This document shows, in pieces, positions 53,403-62,532 of a stretch of 64,000 bases of DNA (within the stretch, counting starts at the first letter, position 1; each line of letters begins with the position of its first letter). The DNA comes from an uncultured Candidatus Binatia bacterium (GTDB lineage Bacteria > Desulfobacterota > Binatia > UBA9968 > JAJDTQ01). A program made the translations under genes and the position numbers. Under the pieces are notes generated by a model that saw only the letters and a list, made by a program, of their open reading frames with translations, made no database searches and had not been told where the DNA came from. The DNA lies in the NCBI GenBank assembly GCA_965215605.1, contig OZ244070.1, forward strand, positions 3,168,001-3,232,000, written 5' to 3'.

Positions 53403-53684
53403 ATGAGCACACGACGACGGTTCAGCGGAGACTTCAAGGCGAAGGTAGCGCTGGAGGCGCTGCGAGGGGACAAGACGATCCAGGAGATTGCGGCGCGGCA
53501 CAAGGTCCACCCGAACCAGGTGAGCACGTGGAAGCAGCGTGCGGTGGAGGGGATGAAGGAGGTGTTCTCGAAGGGAGCCGAGGGGGCACGAGGAGACCAC
53601 GAGGGGGAGGTCCGGGACCTGCACGCGAAGATCGGGGAGCTGACGGTGGAGCGGGATTTTTTGGCCAAAGGGCTCAAGTGGTGA
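53403..53684 (+). CDS. IS3 transposase OrfA (HTH)
   Basis: RRRFSGDFKAKVALEA...VHPNQVSTWK...IGELTVERDFL. Confidence 0.93.
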   Translation: MSTRRRFSGDFKAKVALEALRGDKTIQEIAARHKVHPNQVSTWKQRAVEGMKEVFSKGAEGARGDHEGEVRDLHAKIGELTVERDFLAKGLKW

Positions 53685-54610
53685 GCCGGGAGAAGCGCCG
53701 GGGGATGATCGCGCCCGGCCATCCCAAGCTCAGCTTGAGCCGTCAATGCCATTTGCTTCGAGTGAGTCGATCCTCCGTGTACCACCGGCCCAAGGGCGAG
53801 AGCGCGGAGAATCTGGCGTTGATGCGCCGGATCGACAAGCTGTTTCTGGAGTACCCCTTCTACGGCAGCCGCTAGATGGTCCGCCATCTGTGGCGGGAGC
53901 GAGTCCGAGTGGGTCGTCACCGGGTGCGGCGTCTGATGCGCCTGATGGGGCTCCAGGCCATCTATCAGGCGCCGCGCACCACCCGACCGCACCCCGAGCA
54001 CCGGGTCTATCCCTATCTGCTCAAGGGGGTCGCCATCGAACGGCCCCATCACGCGTGGACCTCCGACATCACCTATGTCCCTGTCCAGAGTGGCTTCCTG
54101 TACCTGGTGGCGGTGATGGACTGGGCCACCCGCCGGGTGCTCTCCTGGAGGCTGTCGAACACCCTCGATGCCCGCTTCTGTGTCGAGGCCCTCTCAGAGG
54201 CTCTGGAACGCTACGGCCCTCCCGAGATCTTCAACACCGACCAGGGCAGCCAGTTCACCAGCCTGGAGTTCACCTCCGTGCTCAAGGACGCCGGCGTCGC
54301 CATCTCCATGGACGGCAGGGGCCGATGCATGGACAACATCTTCATCGAGCGCCTGTGGCGCTCCCTCAAGTACGAGGCCGTCTACCTGCACGAGCTGACC
54401 GACGGCTTCGCCGCCCAAAGGGTCATCGCCCGATGGATGGAGTTCTACAACACCCAAAGGCCTCACACCGCCCTCAATGGCTCGACCCCGGCCGAGGCCT
54501 ACGACCATGGAATGCTGATGGAGATGCAGGCTGAGCCCCTCCGCTCTCCTGCCCCTCCACCCGCTCAACCGGAACGGGAAGACGTGTTAAACAGGACCCT
54601 GGCGGCATGA
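53681..54610 (+). pseudogene. IS3 transposase OrfB (DDE) with internal amber stop
   Basis: FYGSR*MV with TAG at 53873-53875; WTSDITY, FNTDQGSQF, DNIFIERLWRSLKYE downstream. Confidence 0.9.
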
Positions 54611-54843
54611 TCCACTACCCGGAATACACCTTATTTTCGCCGCCCACCTGTCCAACGAAGTAGGACCACCTCAATTGAGAAAATCCTGTTTGAGTTCGGC
54701 ATATGTGGTGTATAGTACGTAACGTACTTTCCATCACGCATGACGCTGATAGTGCCCAGTCGCAAGAAACAAAATCCAAGAAGCGCGGGGGCGGCACCGC
54801 GACGTTCATCGGGTCGATGTCACGCCCCGTCGGAGTGTCTTCC

Positions 54844-56556
54844 ATGTGGCAGGTATCGCTGCCCGGCCTATGTCCAGTGACTGATGCTGTTGCCATCCTT
54901 GGCGCTGACGGCATTGAGCACCGCGGCGCGGTCTATACAAAGCGGGAGGTGGTTGAGTTCATTCTTGATCTTTCCGGCTATACCTCCGACCGTCCGCTTT
55001 ACAGTTACCGCCTTCTGGAGCCGTCCTTCGGCGACGGTGATTTCTTGCAGATAGCAATCGAGCGTCTGCTCGAAAGCTGGCACCTAAGCAAGTCATGCGG
55101 CAATCCTGTTGCTGCGCTCGCGCAGTGCATTCGCGGCGTTGAGTTACACCCATCCTCTTTCTGGAGCACGCGCGGCAAGGTCATCAAATGGCTCAAGGAC
55201 GCAGGCATGACGGTCGAGGGGGCAGAACGTCTTGCGGATGTATGGCTTATGCAGGGCGATTTCTTGCTCACCGAACTGGCCAACTCCTTTGATTTTGTTG
55301 TCGGTAATCCGCCATATGTGCGGCAGGAACTGATTCCCGATTCCTTGATCGCGGAATACCGCACGCGCTACCGCACAGTGTTCGATCGCGCCGACATCTA
55401 TATTCCCTTTATCGAACGCTCGCTGAACCTGCTGAGTGAGGACGGCACCCTCGGCTTTATCTGCGCAGACCGCTGGATGAAGAACCGCTATGGCGGTCCG
55501 TTGCGGCAGATGGTGGCTGAAGGATATCACCTGAAGGCCTATATCGATATGACCGACACGCCGGCCTTCCATGCCGATGTGATCGCCTACCCGGCGATCA
55601 CCATCATTACAAAGGGAAACCCTTGCAGGACGCGGATCGCCCATCGCCCCGCCATTGACAAAATAGTGCTGGATTCCCTTGCCCGGGAAATATTGGCCGA
55701 CAGTCCGCCCGCACCTGACGGTTCGGTCAAGGAAATAGCAGATGTTGCCGTCGGTCAGCAGCCCTGGATTCTGGAATCCTCAGATCAGCTCAAGCTCATT
55801 CGCCGGTTGGAACACGATTTTCCGGGCATCGAAGAAGCCGGGTGCAAGGTCGGGATCGGCGTGGCGACCGGTGCGGACAAAGCCTTTATAGGCCCTTTCA
55901 ACGAACTCGACGTGGAGGAGGATCGCAAGCTGCCGCTCGCCATGACCCGCGATATCGACAGCGGTGAAGTCAAATGGCGTGGCCTTGGGGTTGTTAATCC
56001 GTTCACCGATGGCGGCGGTCTTGTCGATCTGAACGACTATCCCCGCCTGAAGAGTTATTTTGAACAGCGACGCGGCCAGATTGCAAAAAGGCACGTCGCA
56101 CAGAAGGTGCCAGCGAACTGGTACCGGACTATCGACCGAATTTATCCTGCGCTTGCCACCGAACCGAAGCTGCTCATCCCGGACATCAAGGGCGAAGCCC
56201 ATATCGTCTACGAAGACGGGCACCTGTATCCGCACCACAATCTCTACTTCATCCTTTCCGACGAGTGGGACTTGAGGGCGCTACGCGCCGTGCTGCGCTC
56301 CGGTATCGCCAAGCTCTTCGTTTCGATCTACGCGACCCGCATGCGAGGCGGTTATCTACGCTTTCAAGCGCAGTATCTCCGGCGCATTCGACTGCCGCGC
56401 TGGAAGGACATTTCCGCCGTCCTCAAAAACGACCTGATCAAGGCCGCTACGTGCAACAATACTGGCGCCTGTAACAGGGCTGTTTCACAGATCTACGGTT
56501 TTACACAAGAAGAACGTGCCGCCATCGGCGGGAACGGTGAACGGGAGGCCTTTTGA
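54844..56556 (+). CDS. Type II N6-adenine DNA methyltransferase, PaeR7I/XhoI-like (Eco57I/TaqI-like fold)
   Basis: [15 protein letters not shown] motif I, VGNPPYVR motif IV, TaqI-C-like tail; GGAG RBS. Confidence 0.93.
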   Translation: MWQVSLPGLCPVTDAVAILGADGIEHRGAVYTKREVVEFILDLSGYTSDRPLYSYRLLEPSFGDGDFLQIAIERLLESWHLSKSCGNPVAALAQCIRGVELHPSSFWSTRGKVIKWLKDAGMTVEGAERLADVWLMQGDFLLTELANSFDFVVGNPPYVRQELIPDSLIAEYRTRYRTVFDRADIYIPFIERSLNLLSEDGTLGFICADRWMKNRYGGPLRQMVAEGYHLKAYIDMTDTPAFHADVIAYPAITIITKGNPCRTRIAHRPAIDKIVLDSLAREILADSPPAPDGSVKEIADVAVGQQPWILESSDQLKLIRRLEHDFPGIEEAGCKVGIGVATGADKAFIGPFNELDVEEDRKLPLAMTRDIDSGEVKWRGLGVVNPFTDGGGLVDLNDYPRLKSYFEQRRGQIAKRHVAQKVPANWYRTIDRIYPALATEPKLLIPDIKGEAHIVYEDGHLYPHHNLYFILSDEWDLRALRAVLRSGIAKLFVSIYATRMRGGYLRFQAQYLRRIRLPRWKDISAVLKNDLIKAATCNNTGACNRAVSQIYGFTQEERAAIGGNGEREAF

Positions 56557-57290
56557 CAATAGATCTTGCCGATTACGAACAGAGGGCCCGGCAGGCCATC
56601 CGAGCGTTCTGGGGCAACCGCGAGAAGGCACGCCAGAAGCAGGCCGATTCCGGCAGGGCCGATCAAGGCGAACGCGCCGGCGTCACGGCCGGCAAGAACA
56701 TGGATGGGTTTATTGCCCTGGTTATCGACATCGTTCGGGCCAACGGACTGGATCATGCTGACATTCATCAGCGGCGCCGTGTACTGACATTGCCCGGCTA
56801 TTTTCGGCCCACGAAGTTGTGGGACCTTCTGGTTATCAATGAAGGCCGCCTGGTCGCTGCACTCGAATTTAAGAGCCAGGTGGGCCCATCGTTCGGTAAC
56901 AATTTCAACAACCGTTCCGAAGAAGCCATCGGCACTGCGCTTGATCTTTGGACGGCCTACAGGGAAGGGGCATTTGGCGAACAGGCACGTCCTTTCGTCG
57001 GCTGGTTGATGTTGCTTGAAGACGCGCCAGCATCGCGGACTCCCGTCGGGGATGCGTCTCCCCATTTCCCAGTATTCAAGGAGTTTCAGGGTGCCTCGTA
57101 TGCCGAGCGCTACAATATTCTCTGCCGTAAGCTAGTGCGGGAACGGCTTTATACGACGGCATCGGTCCTGACATCGCCGCGGTCGGCTTCGACAGACGGC
57201 GACTATTTCGAAATGAGCGATATGACTGGGCTGCGCGCATTTGTTACCGAACTTGCCGGACATGTGGCCGCAGAGGCGGCAAGATCATGA
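56553..57290 (+). CDS. PaeR7I/XhoI-family type II restriction endonuclease (predicted CTCGAG)
   Basis: [52 protein letters not shown]; coupled to MTase stop. Confidence 0.92.
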   Translation: MTIDLADYEQRARQAIRAFWGNREKARQKQADSGRADQGERAGVTAGKNMDGFIALVIDIVRANGLDHADIHQRRRVLTLPGYFRPTKLWDLLVINEGRLVAALEFKSQVGPSFGNNFNNRSEEAIGTALDLWTAYREGAFGEQARPFVGWLMLLEDAPASRTPVGDASPHFPVFKEFQGASYAERYNILCRKLVRERLYTTASVLTSPRSASTDGDYFEMSDMTGLRAFVTELAGHVAAEAARS

Positions 57291-57400
57291 GCTGTATCGG
57301 CAACCCGTCGATCCGCGACGCTCTCGGGTTCGCTGGGTTCACTATTCCCGTTGTCGAGGTTTACTGATGTTTGATCGTCGCGGGATAGCCCGACCTTTCA

Positions 57401-58402
57401 CTAGCTCATCTCCCACATGCGACAACTGACGTGGTTTCGCTTTGAAATCATCGAACCGATGACTTGGGAGTGACGTGGTCGGCAAGACGCCTCTTGTGAT
57501 GGTGCCTCCGCGTCAAAGGACGACTCCACTTGCCGTCGAAGTTCCTCAACCTCGTTTCGCGACAGGTTCCGGACATCCCAAGCGTAAGTCCGTGGGTCCC
57601 TGATCATCTTCCAAAGCCGTCCCAAGCCGCACGGCTCACGGTTCCCCGCGATCTCGACGTCTCCGAGCATTCTGACCACCGCCGCCTCAAAATCCCTCAG
57701 TGTGGCATAGCCACTCCCCAACTCCCTCACGGGCGAATTGGCAAATATCTCATTCAGCGGATGATGTTCAAAAATTTTCGACAAGAGGCTTCGGAGGTCG
57801 TCCACCGTGTCACAAGCACTTCCCCATGCCCGCCCCTCGCGGTACGCGACCTTCAGCGCCCGCAGGGACTGAGCCAGTCTCTGTTCTGCCCGGCAAAGAC
57901 GGTATTCATGAGACAACCGGCGCACTATCTCACGATAGTCAAAGATGATATCCCCTCGATCCGCAAGATAGCAAATTCCGAAATTGCGCAGCGCCACGTA
58001 CGCCAAATCAGCCACGAGTGGCACATCCCGGATCAACGTTTCCGCCGGAAACCGCTCAATCGGTAAAGCCAACTCCGCGCTCTTCAACGCTTCAACTTCG
58101 TAAGTTTCCTTCTTGTCCGCGCCCCGCAGCGTCCCTGCCAGCCACCCATTGTTATCCGCAATTATGATACCTTCAAGTCTCAAATGCTGAACGAACAGAC
58201 TACCTGCTGAACTCATCTTCGACAGTCGCGTCGGTGAATAAGACGCAACTGACCAGCCCGCTGCGCGCCAGCGGCGAACCAGTTGTCGGCGCCTCTGGTC
58301 ATCATCCCCTACAACCAGTACATCTCGGTCGCTCATGACGTCGGTTGATGACCTGGCCGCCGACCCAAAGATACAAACACTTTCAATATTGCCCGGTTTC
58401 AT
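57401..58402 (-). CDS. Pol-beta-superfamily nucleotidyltransferase, Hailong HalB-like
   Basis: FGSAARSSTDVMSDRDVLVV (GS-x-DxD), SVASY, GSLFVQHLRLEG; ATGA overlap with the channel gene. Confidence 0.85.
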   Translation of the reverse strand: MKPGNIESVCIFGSAARSSTDVMSDRDVLVVGDDDQRRRQLVRRWRAAGWSVASYSPTRLSKMSSAGSLFVQHLRLEGIIIADNNGWLAGTLRGADKKETYEVEALKSAELALPIERFPAETLIRDVPLVADLAYVALRNFGICYLADRGDIIFDYREIVRRLSHEYRLCRAEQRLAQSLRALKVAYREGRAWGSACDTVDDLRSLLSKIFEHHPLNEIFANSPVRELGSGYATLRDFEAAVVRMLGDVEIAGNREPCGLGRLWKMIRDPRTYAWDVRNLSRNEVEELRRQVESSFDAEAPSQEASCRPRHSQVIGSMISKRNHVSCRMWEMS

Positions 58403-59301
58403 GGCGAGATCTTCCGGAAGAGCATAGACGCCAACAGTGCCAATAGAAAAAATCCCAGTAGGCTTTGCACCGAAGCCGCCAAGTGCCCCGTGTGTGTCGT
58501 TGGAACGATGTCTCCGTAACCAGCCGTTGTAAAGGAGATTATTGTATAGTAGAGCGCCTCTACCCACGACGTGATTGGCTCGCCGTCCACTTCTAAGCCA
58601 AGGTCGCGACGCAATCGATAATTGAATATGGTAAATGACGTAATCGTAACCCCAACAGTTCCCAGGAAGTATCTAAGTCGCAATCCGGAGCCGAAGAGCT
58701 TCTCCCAGATCCAGCGACGCATATAACCGAAACATTTGAGAACGAATCTTCCGGACAACCGCCTTGTTCCCTCCCGTTTCGTCCAATTTCTGATCTCGTA
58801 TCCGTCTTGAAGTCGCTTCCACCGCAAGAAAAAAAACTGCGCATCACGCTCGAACTCGATTTGTTCCGTTCCACGGCTGTTACTTAAAAGCATTTGATAC
58901 AGATGTACTCCAATATTCTGATGTTTACGGCTGATTAGACATCTACGAAAACTCATCGGATCAATGTAGGTACGACAAATCGACAACTTGTGTGTGTTAG
59001 TAAGAATGAAATGACAGTTATGGAACTCGCAATCTTCGATAGAGGCGCCGATAAAAAGACAACGGTCAAACGTGCAATTCCGAAAACTAAATCCTGATAT
59101 ACATGTCTTCGAAAAACTCACTCGCTCGAATGTCGTATCGCGGATGCGACACTCTCTCGCGTCACCCGTTCGCTGCATGACGTCCGGCATATATGATGCA
59201 TGAGTCACATGACGTGAGGTTTTTAGAAGGCTATGGAAGTCTTCCTGCGACGCTATCAAGGTACTGCCGTCTAGGTGCCAGAATTCGTCGGTCATCGTCA
59301 T
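58399..59301 (-). CDS. Pentapeptide-repeat protein fused to 2-TM K+-channel pore (Ion_trans_2), Hailong HalA-like effector
   Basis: Pentapeptide run IRDTTFERVSFSKTCISGFSFRNCTFDRCLFIGASIEDCEFHNCHF; TM-ALYYTIISFTTAGYGDIVP-TM. Confidence 0.87.
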   Translation of the reverse strand: MTMTDEFWHLDGSTLIASQEDFHSLLKTSRHVTHASYMPDVMQRTGDARECRIRDTTFERVSFSKTCISGFSFRNCTFDRCLFIGASIEDCEFHNCHFILTNTHKLSICRTYIDPMSFRRCLISRKHQNIGVHLYQMLLSNSRGTEQIEFERDAQFFFLRWKRLQDGYEIRNWTKREGTRRLSGRFVLKCFGYMRRWIWEKLFGSGLRLRYFLGTVGVTITSFTIFNYRLRRDLGLEVDGEPITSWVEALYYTIISFTTAGYGDIVPTTHTGHLAASVQSLLGFFLLALLASMLFRKISP

Positions 59302-59484
59302 CAAAAATGTGGCGTCCCGAATAAAACGGACTGCACTGCTTATGTACTGAAAAAACCACTGGTTCCACCGCCTGTGATGGATGGCGCTTCAATTGTCGGG
59401 TGCTCGTGGGCGATCGCGGCGGACGCAGAATACATCGTGGACGGTCCTTTGAAAACGGTCCCCAGTCGTCCTGGGTTCCTCCTG

Positions 59485-60210
59485 TCTGCCTTCGCCGTTT
59501 TGGGCATCACTACCGCATCCACAGGAATGTTGACCGTCCTGCCAGTCCCTTCCTGCTCGACTGGCACGTTGAGACGGAACGAATACGTCCCCGGCTCCAA
59601 CTCGTCATATTTCGTGCCCTCGCCTGCGGATAAGTTTTCGTACTCCAGAACTGTCAACCATTCGCTGATCGCCGTGAGCTGACGCTATTCCTGTCGGTTA
59701 CGGATGAGCGGATTGGCGACGGCCCCGCATAGGCGATCGGCCACGATGGTCGCGGCCCGGTACAGCTCCGGTTCGGACGGATCGTCTCCGCGCTCCAACC
59801 AGACGAAGACATCCGGGTCGGCCATCCGCTCGATGATCTGCCCAATCTTCTTGAGGTCTCTGTCCAGTTCCTGCTGGGACATTCGCGGCGGGAGCCTGTT
59901 CTCCTTATCCATCGCCTTGACCAGGTTCCCGGAGACGCCAGCAAGACCGATCAGCCGGTCCATGGCCAGAGGCGGACAAGTGGACATCCGCAGTGACGGC
60001 AACACCGAGGGCTTCGCCTTCAGGAGCTCCACCCCCCACATCTGTCAGGTTCTTCGTCGCTATAAGGGTCGCCTCGACATCCATTGTGGTCTGCACCCGC
60101 GTCGTCCGGTAGGCCTCCGGCGCAAATCGCATGAACCAGTCGTTGTACATGTCCACCGAATCTGCGATGTCCTGTTTCCACCGGTCGGGTTTGTCCCTGT
60201 TGACTGCCAT
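59485..60210 (-). pseudogene. XamI-family type II restriction endonuclease pseudogene
   Basis: MAVNRDKPDRWKQDIADSVDMYNDWFMRFAP...RMSTCPPLA.DRL...ADRLCGAVANPLIRN; frameshift in G6 run near 60035, TAG at 59685-59687, C-terminal part lost near 59485. Confidence 0.82.
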
Positions 60211-60635
60211 CACTTGTTTTTCTTTTCCTGATCTTCCCGCTTTGCCAGCCAGCAAGGCTTACACATCTCCTGAAAAAGCCGGTCAGGCACACATAACGGT
60301 CGCCGCTTCCTTCTCGAAAGCGACCACCATCTGCTTCGGCAGCCTGATCCCGGCAACCTGCGTCGGGCCTCGTGCCACCATCCGCCTACTCTCTCCTTGG
60401 CTTACTGCTAGGTTCATTGTTGACGACGACTCGACACCCGTCAACAGCGCTCACTTGAGTTTACCGAAATTAGCATGCTGCTGCACTCCTCGGGAACTCT
60501 CGCGTGACGAACTTGAAGTGATCGCCGACGAGCCTGTCCTCGCATCCATTGCCACCCGTGAATGACTCGTCGGAAGGACCGGACGGCCGCGACCTAGACG
60601 GCGACCCGGTCTCCAGCCACACATCTACTTGGGAT

Positions 60636-60703
60636 TTCGGCCTCCTCCGACACGCAGCCCGCCGCCGGAAGGTGGTGGTCGGCTTGGGCTGGGCGAATCC
60701 CGG
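60636..60703 (+). repeat. Conserved hairpin leader repeat, copy 1
   Basis: 59/68 identical to 61172-61239 by manual alignment; CGCCGCC-GGAA-GGTGGTG core. Confidence 0.8.
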
Positions 60704-60746
60704 GGCCCGGGCGGCCGCGCCGGTGCCACCGGAAGAAGTGGAGGCT

Positions 60747-61130
60747 ATGAACATGGCGAGAACACTCACAGTTCAGGACTACAGCCCAGCCCCGAGTCCG
60801 GCCGTGTGTCGGCCCACCTGGCGCGCCCGCGCCTTCGTGCTCGGCGGGCTCGCCCTCGTCGCCGTCTATACGGCCACCGCGCTCGGTCTCAGCGCAGGCG
60901 CGGAGCACATCAGCCCGCTCTGGATGGCGGCGATTGCCTGGACCCTCGTCGCAAGCCTCGCGGGCGCCCTCTGGCGGGGATTCCGTCACCGCGACTGGTC
61001 CGCCTTCTCCGGTTACGAGTTACCGGAAACCGACGGCGAGGTAGACGAATGGGCGTTGCGCACAGGCCGCTACTCCTGGCTTCGGGAAATGGAGGATGCG
61101 CTACTCCACGACGACGATCACCTTCACTGA
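60747..61130 (+). CDS. Hypothetical membrane protein (2 TM)
   Basis: GGAGG RBS; two hydrophobic segments; acidic C-terminus. Confidence 0.7.
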   Translation: MNMARTLTVQDYSPAPSPAVCRPTWRARAFVLGGLALVAVYTATALGLSAGAEHISPLWMAAIAWTLVASLAGALWRGFRHRDWSAFSGYELPETDGEVDEWALRTGRYSWLREMEDALLHDDDHLH

Positions 61131-61171
61131 TCCATTCACGGCGACTGGTCCTACCGGTCCGGCCCGAGAGC

Positions 61172-61239
61172 TTCGGCCTCCGCCAACGCGCCGCCCGCCG
61201 CCGGGAGGTGGTGGCCGGCTGGGGCCGGGCGAGTCCCGG
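61172..61239 (+). repeat. Conserved hairpin leader repeat, copy 2
   Basis: CGCCGCC-GGGA-GGTGGTG core; upstream of AAGGAG RBS. Confidence 0.8.
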
Positions 61240-61292
61240 TGTCCCGAGACCGAACTCCCCTACACCACGCCACCGCCAAGGAGATCACCACC

Positions 61293-61535
61293 ATGCCCGA
61301 CACCAATATCAGCGGGGAGCACCACCGAGCGTTCGAGGCCCTGACCAACGACCGGTTCGACAATTTCTGTCTCGTCTCGTGCTTCGTCGACGGCGAACCA
61401 ACCGCGGCCATCGCCGCCGTCAACCTCAGTCCTCCCGCTCAAGACGGCGGTGAACCAGAAGTTCTCATCCGTCCGCTCTTCATCTGGCCGACCGCGGCGA
61501 TGACGCTGACCGACCACGACGGGAGGGAAGCATGA
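61293..61535 (+). CDS. Small hypothetical protein (loosely DUF6117-like, mobile-element backbone)
   Basis: AAGGAG RBS; ATGA-coupled to the next gene. Confidence 0.7.
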   Translation: MPDTNISGEHHRAFEALTNDRFDNFCLVSCFVDGEPTAAIAAVNLSPPAQDGGEPEVLIRPLFIWPTAAMTLTDHDGREA

Positions 61536-62389
61536 GCGAGAGCCCGCCATGCGGCCACCGACCTGCCGCCGACCTCCATATCCCGCCCGAATGCCGCGAC
61601 ATGATCCGCCGCGGCGCGCTCGTGGCCATCAATTCGTCGGGGGGCAAGGACAGCCAGGCCATGACGATCCTGCTCGCCCGGATCGTGCCTCACGATCAGT
61701 TGGTGGTAGTTCACGCCCCGCTCCCCGTGGTCGAGTGGCCGGGCACGATCGAGCACATCGAGAACACGATCCCGGCCGACGTTCCGCTGATATTCGCGCC
61801 AGTGGCGTCGGGGAAGACCTTGCTCGACCAGGTCGAGGAACGGGGGAAATGGCCGGGAATCCACCAGCGGTGGTGTACTGCGGGCCACAAGCGGGGCCCG
61901 ATCGAGCGCGAACTCCGCCGCTACCTGAAGGCTCATCCCCGCTTTGACGGCCTCCTGGTCAGCGCCATGGGACTGCGACGAGACGAGAGCGCCGACCGCG
62001 CCAAACGCTTTCCCTGGAAGTACAGCGACCGCAACTCCCGCGCCGGCCGGGAATGGTTCGACTGGCTGCCGATCTTCGAGCTGACCGAGGCCGACGCGTT
62101 CCGGATCATCCACGACGCCGGACAGTCGCCGCACTGGGTCTACGCGCAGGGGATGTCGCGATGTTCGTGCAGTTTCTGCATCTTCTCGTCGCGCTTCGAT
62201 TTGCGCCGCGCCGCCGAGCTTCGCCCTGCGCTCTATCGCCGGTACGCCGCGATCGAGAAGCGCATCGGCCACACGCTGTCGCCGTCGGGCGTTCCTCTTC
62301 CCGAGCTGACCGGCATTCCGGCCGAACCCGCCGCCGGAACGCCCGGCCTGTCCGACGGGCTCCGCACCGAAGAGAGCGCCAGGCCATGA
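61532..62389 (+). CDS. Phosphoadenosine-phosphosulfate-reductase-like (PP-loop) protein
   Basis: SSGGKDS PP-loop, RWCT..HKRGPI, GLRRDES..RA, YAQGMSRCSCSFC. Confidence 0.9.
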   Translation: MSESPPCGHRPAADLHIPPECRDMIRRGALVAINSSGGKDSQAMTILLARIVPHDQLVVVHAPLPVVEWPGTIEHIENTIPADVPLIFAPVASGKTLLDQVEERGKWPGIHQRWCTAGHKRGPIERELRRYLKAHPRFDGLLVSAMGLRRDESADRAKRFPWKYSDRNSRAGREWFDWLPIFELTEADAFRIIHDAGQSPHWVYAQGMSRCSCSFCIFSSRFDLRRAAELRPALYRRYAAIEKRIGHTLSPSGVPLPELTGIPAEPAAGTPGLSDGLRTEESARP

Positions 62390-62532
62390 ATCACCCGGTC
62401 CGCGGCCCGCCGGCAACCGGCGCCGCATCACCGCACGAACACCGCCTGGAGGCGGAGCCTGGCCCGGGCCGGGCGGCGGGACAAGGCTCGCGAGAGCCGC
62501 CGCCACAACCATCAACTCCCACGGAGGACCAC

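Larger units (their letters stand above)
53336..54673 (+). mobile_element. IS3-family insertion sequence (inactivated)
   Basis: Terminal IRs TGAGGTGGTCCT / AGGACCACCTCA (TG...CA), inner TAAGGTGTATTCC / GGAATACACCTTA; orfA+orfB organisation. Confidence 0.95.

Noticed and set aside
57401-58402. NTase as a CBASS cyclase or MNT-HEPN antitoxin
   Set aside because: No CD-NTase architecture, Cap genes or HEPN partner recognisable; the coupled partner is an ion channel.
53873-59687. In-frame TAG codons in IS3 orfB and the XamI-like gene as pyrrolysine or recoding
   Set aside because: Many intact genes here terminate at TAG, there are no pyl genes, and the XamI-like gene has other lesions.
60030-60042. 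G6 tract as a phase-variation switch for the XamI-like nuclease
   Set aside because: The tract is short and the gene also has a nonsense codon and a 3' truncation, so slippage could not restore it.
60418-60446. TGTTGACG-N-CGTCAACA inverted repeat at the cargo/backbone divergence
   Set aside because: Could be an operator or paired -35 boxes, but -10 matches are poor and no regulator gene is visible; too weak to call.
61532-62389. Complete Dnd/Ssp phosphorothioation system or sulfate assimilation
   Set aside because: No dndBDE, sspBCE, cysteine desulfurase or cys genes adjacent within the window.
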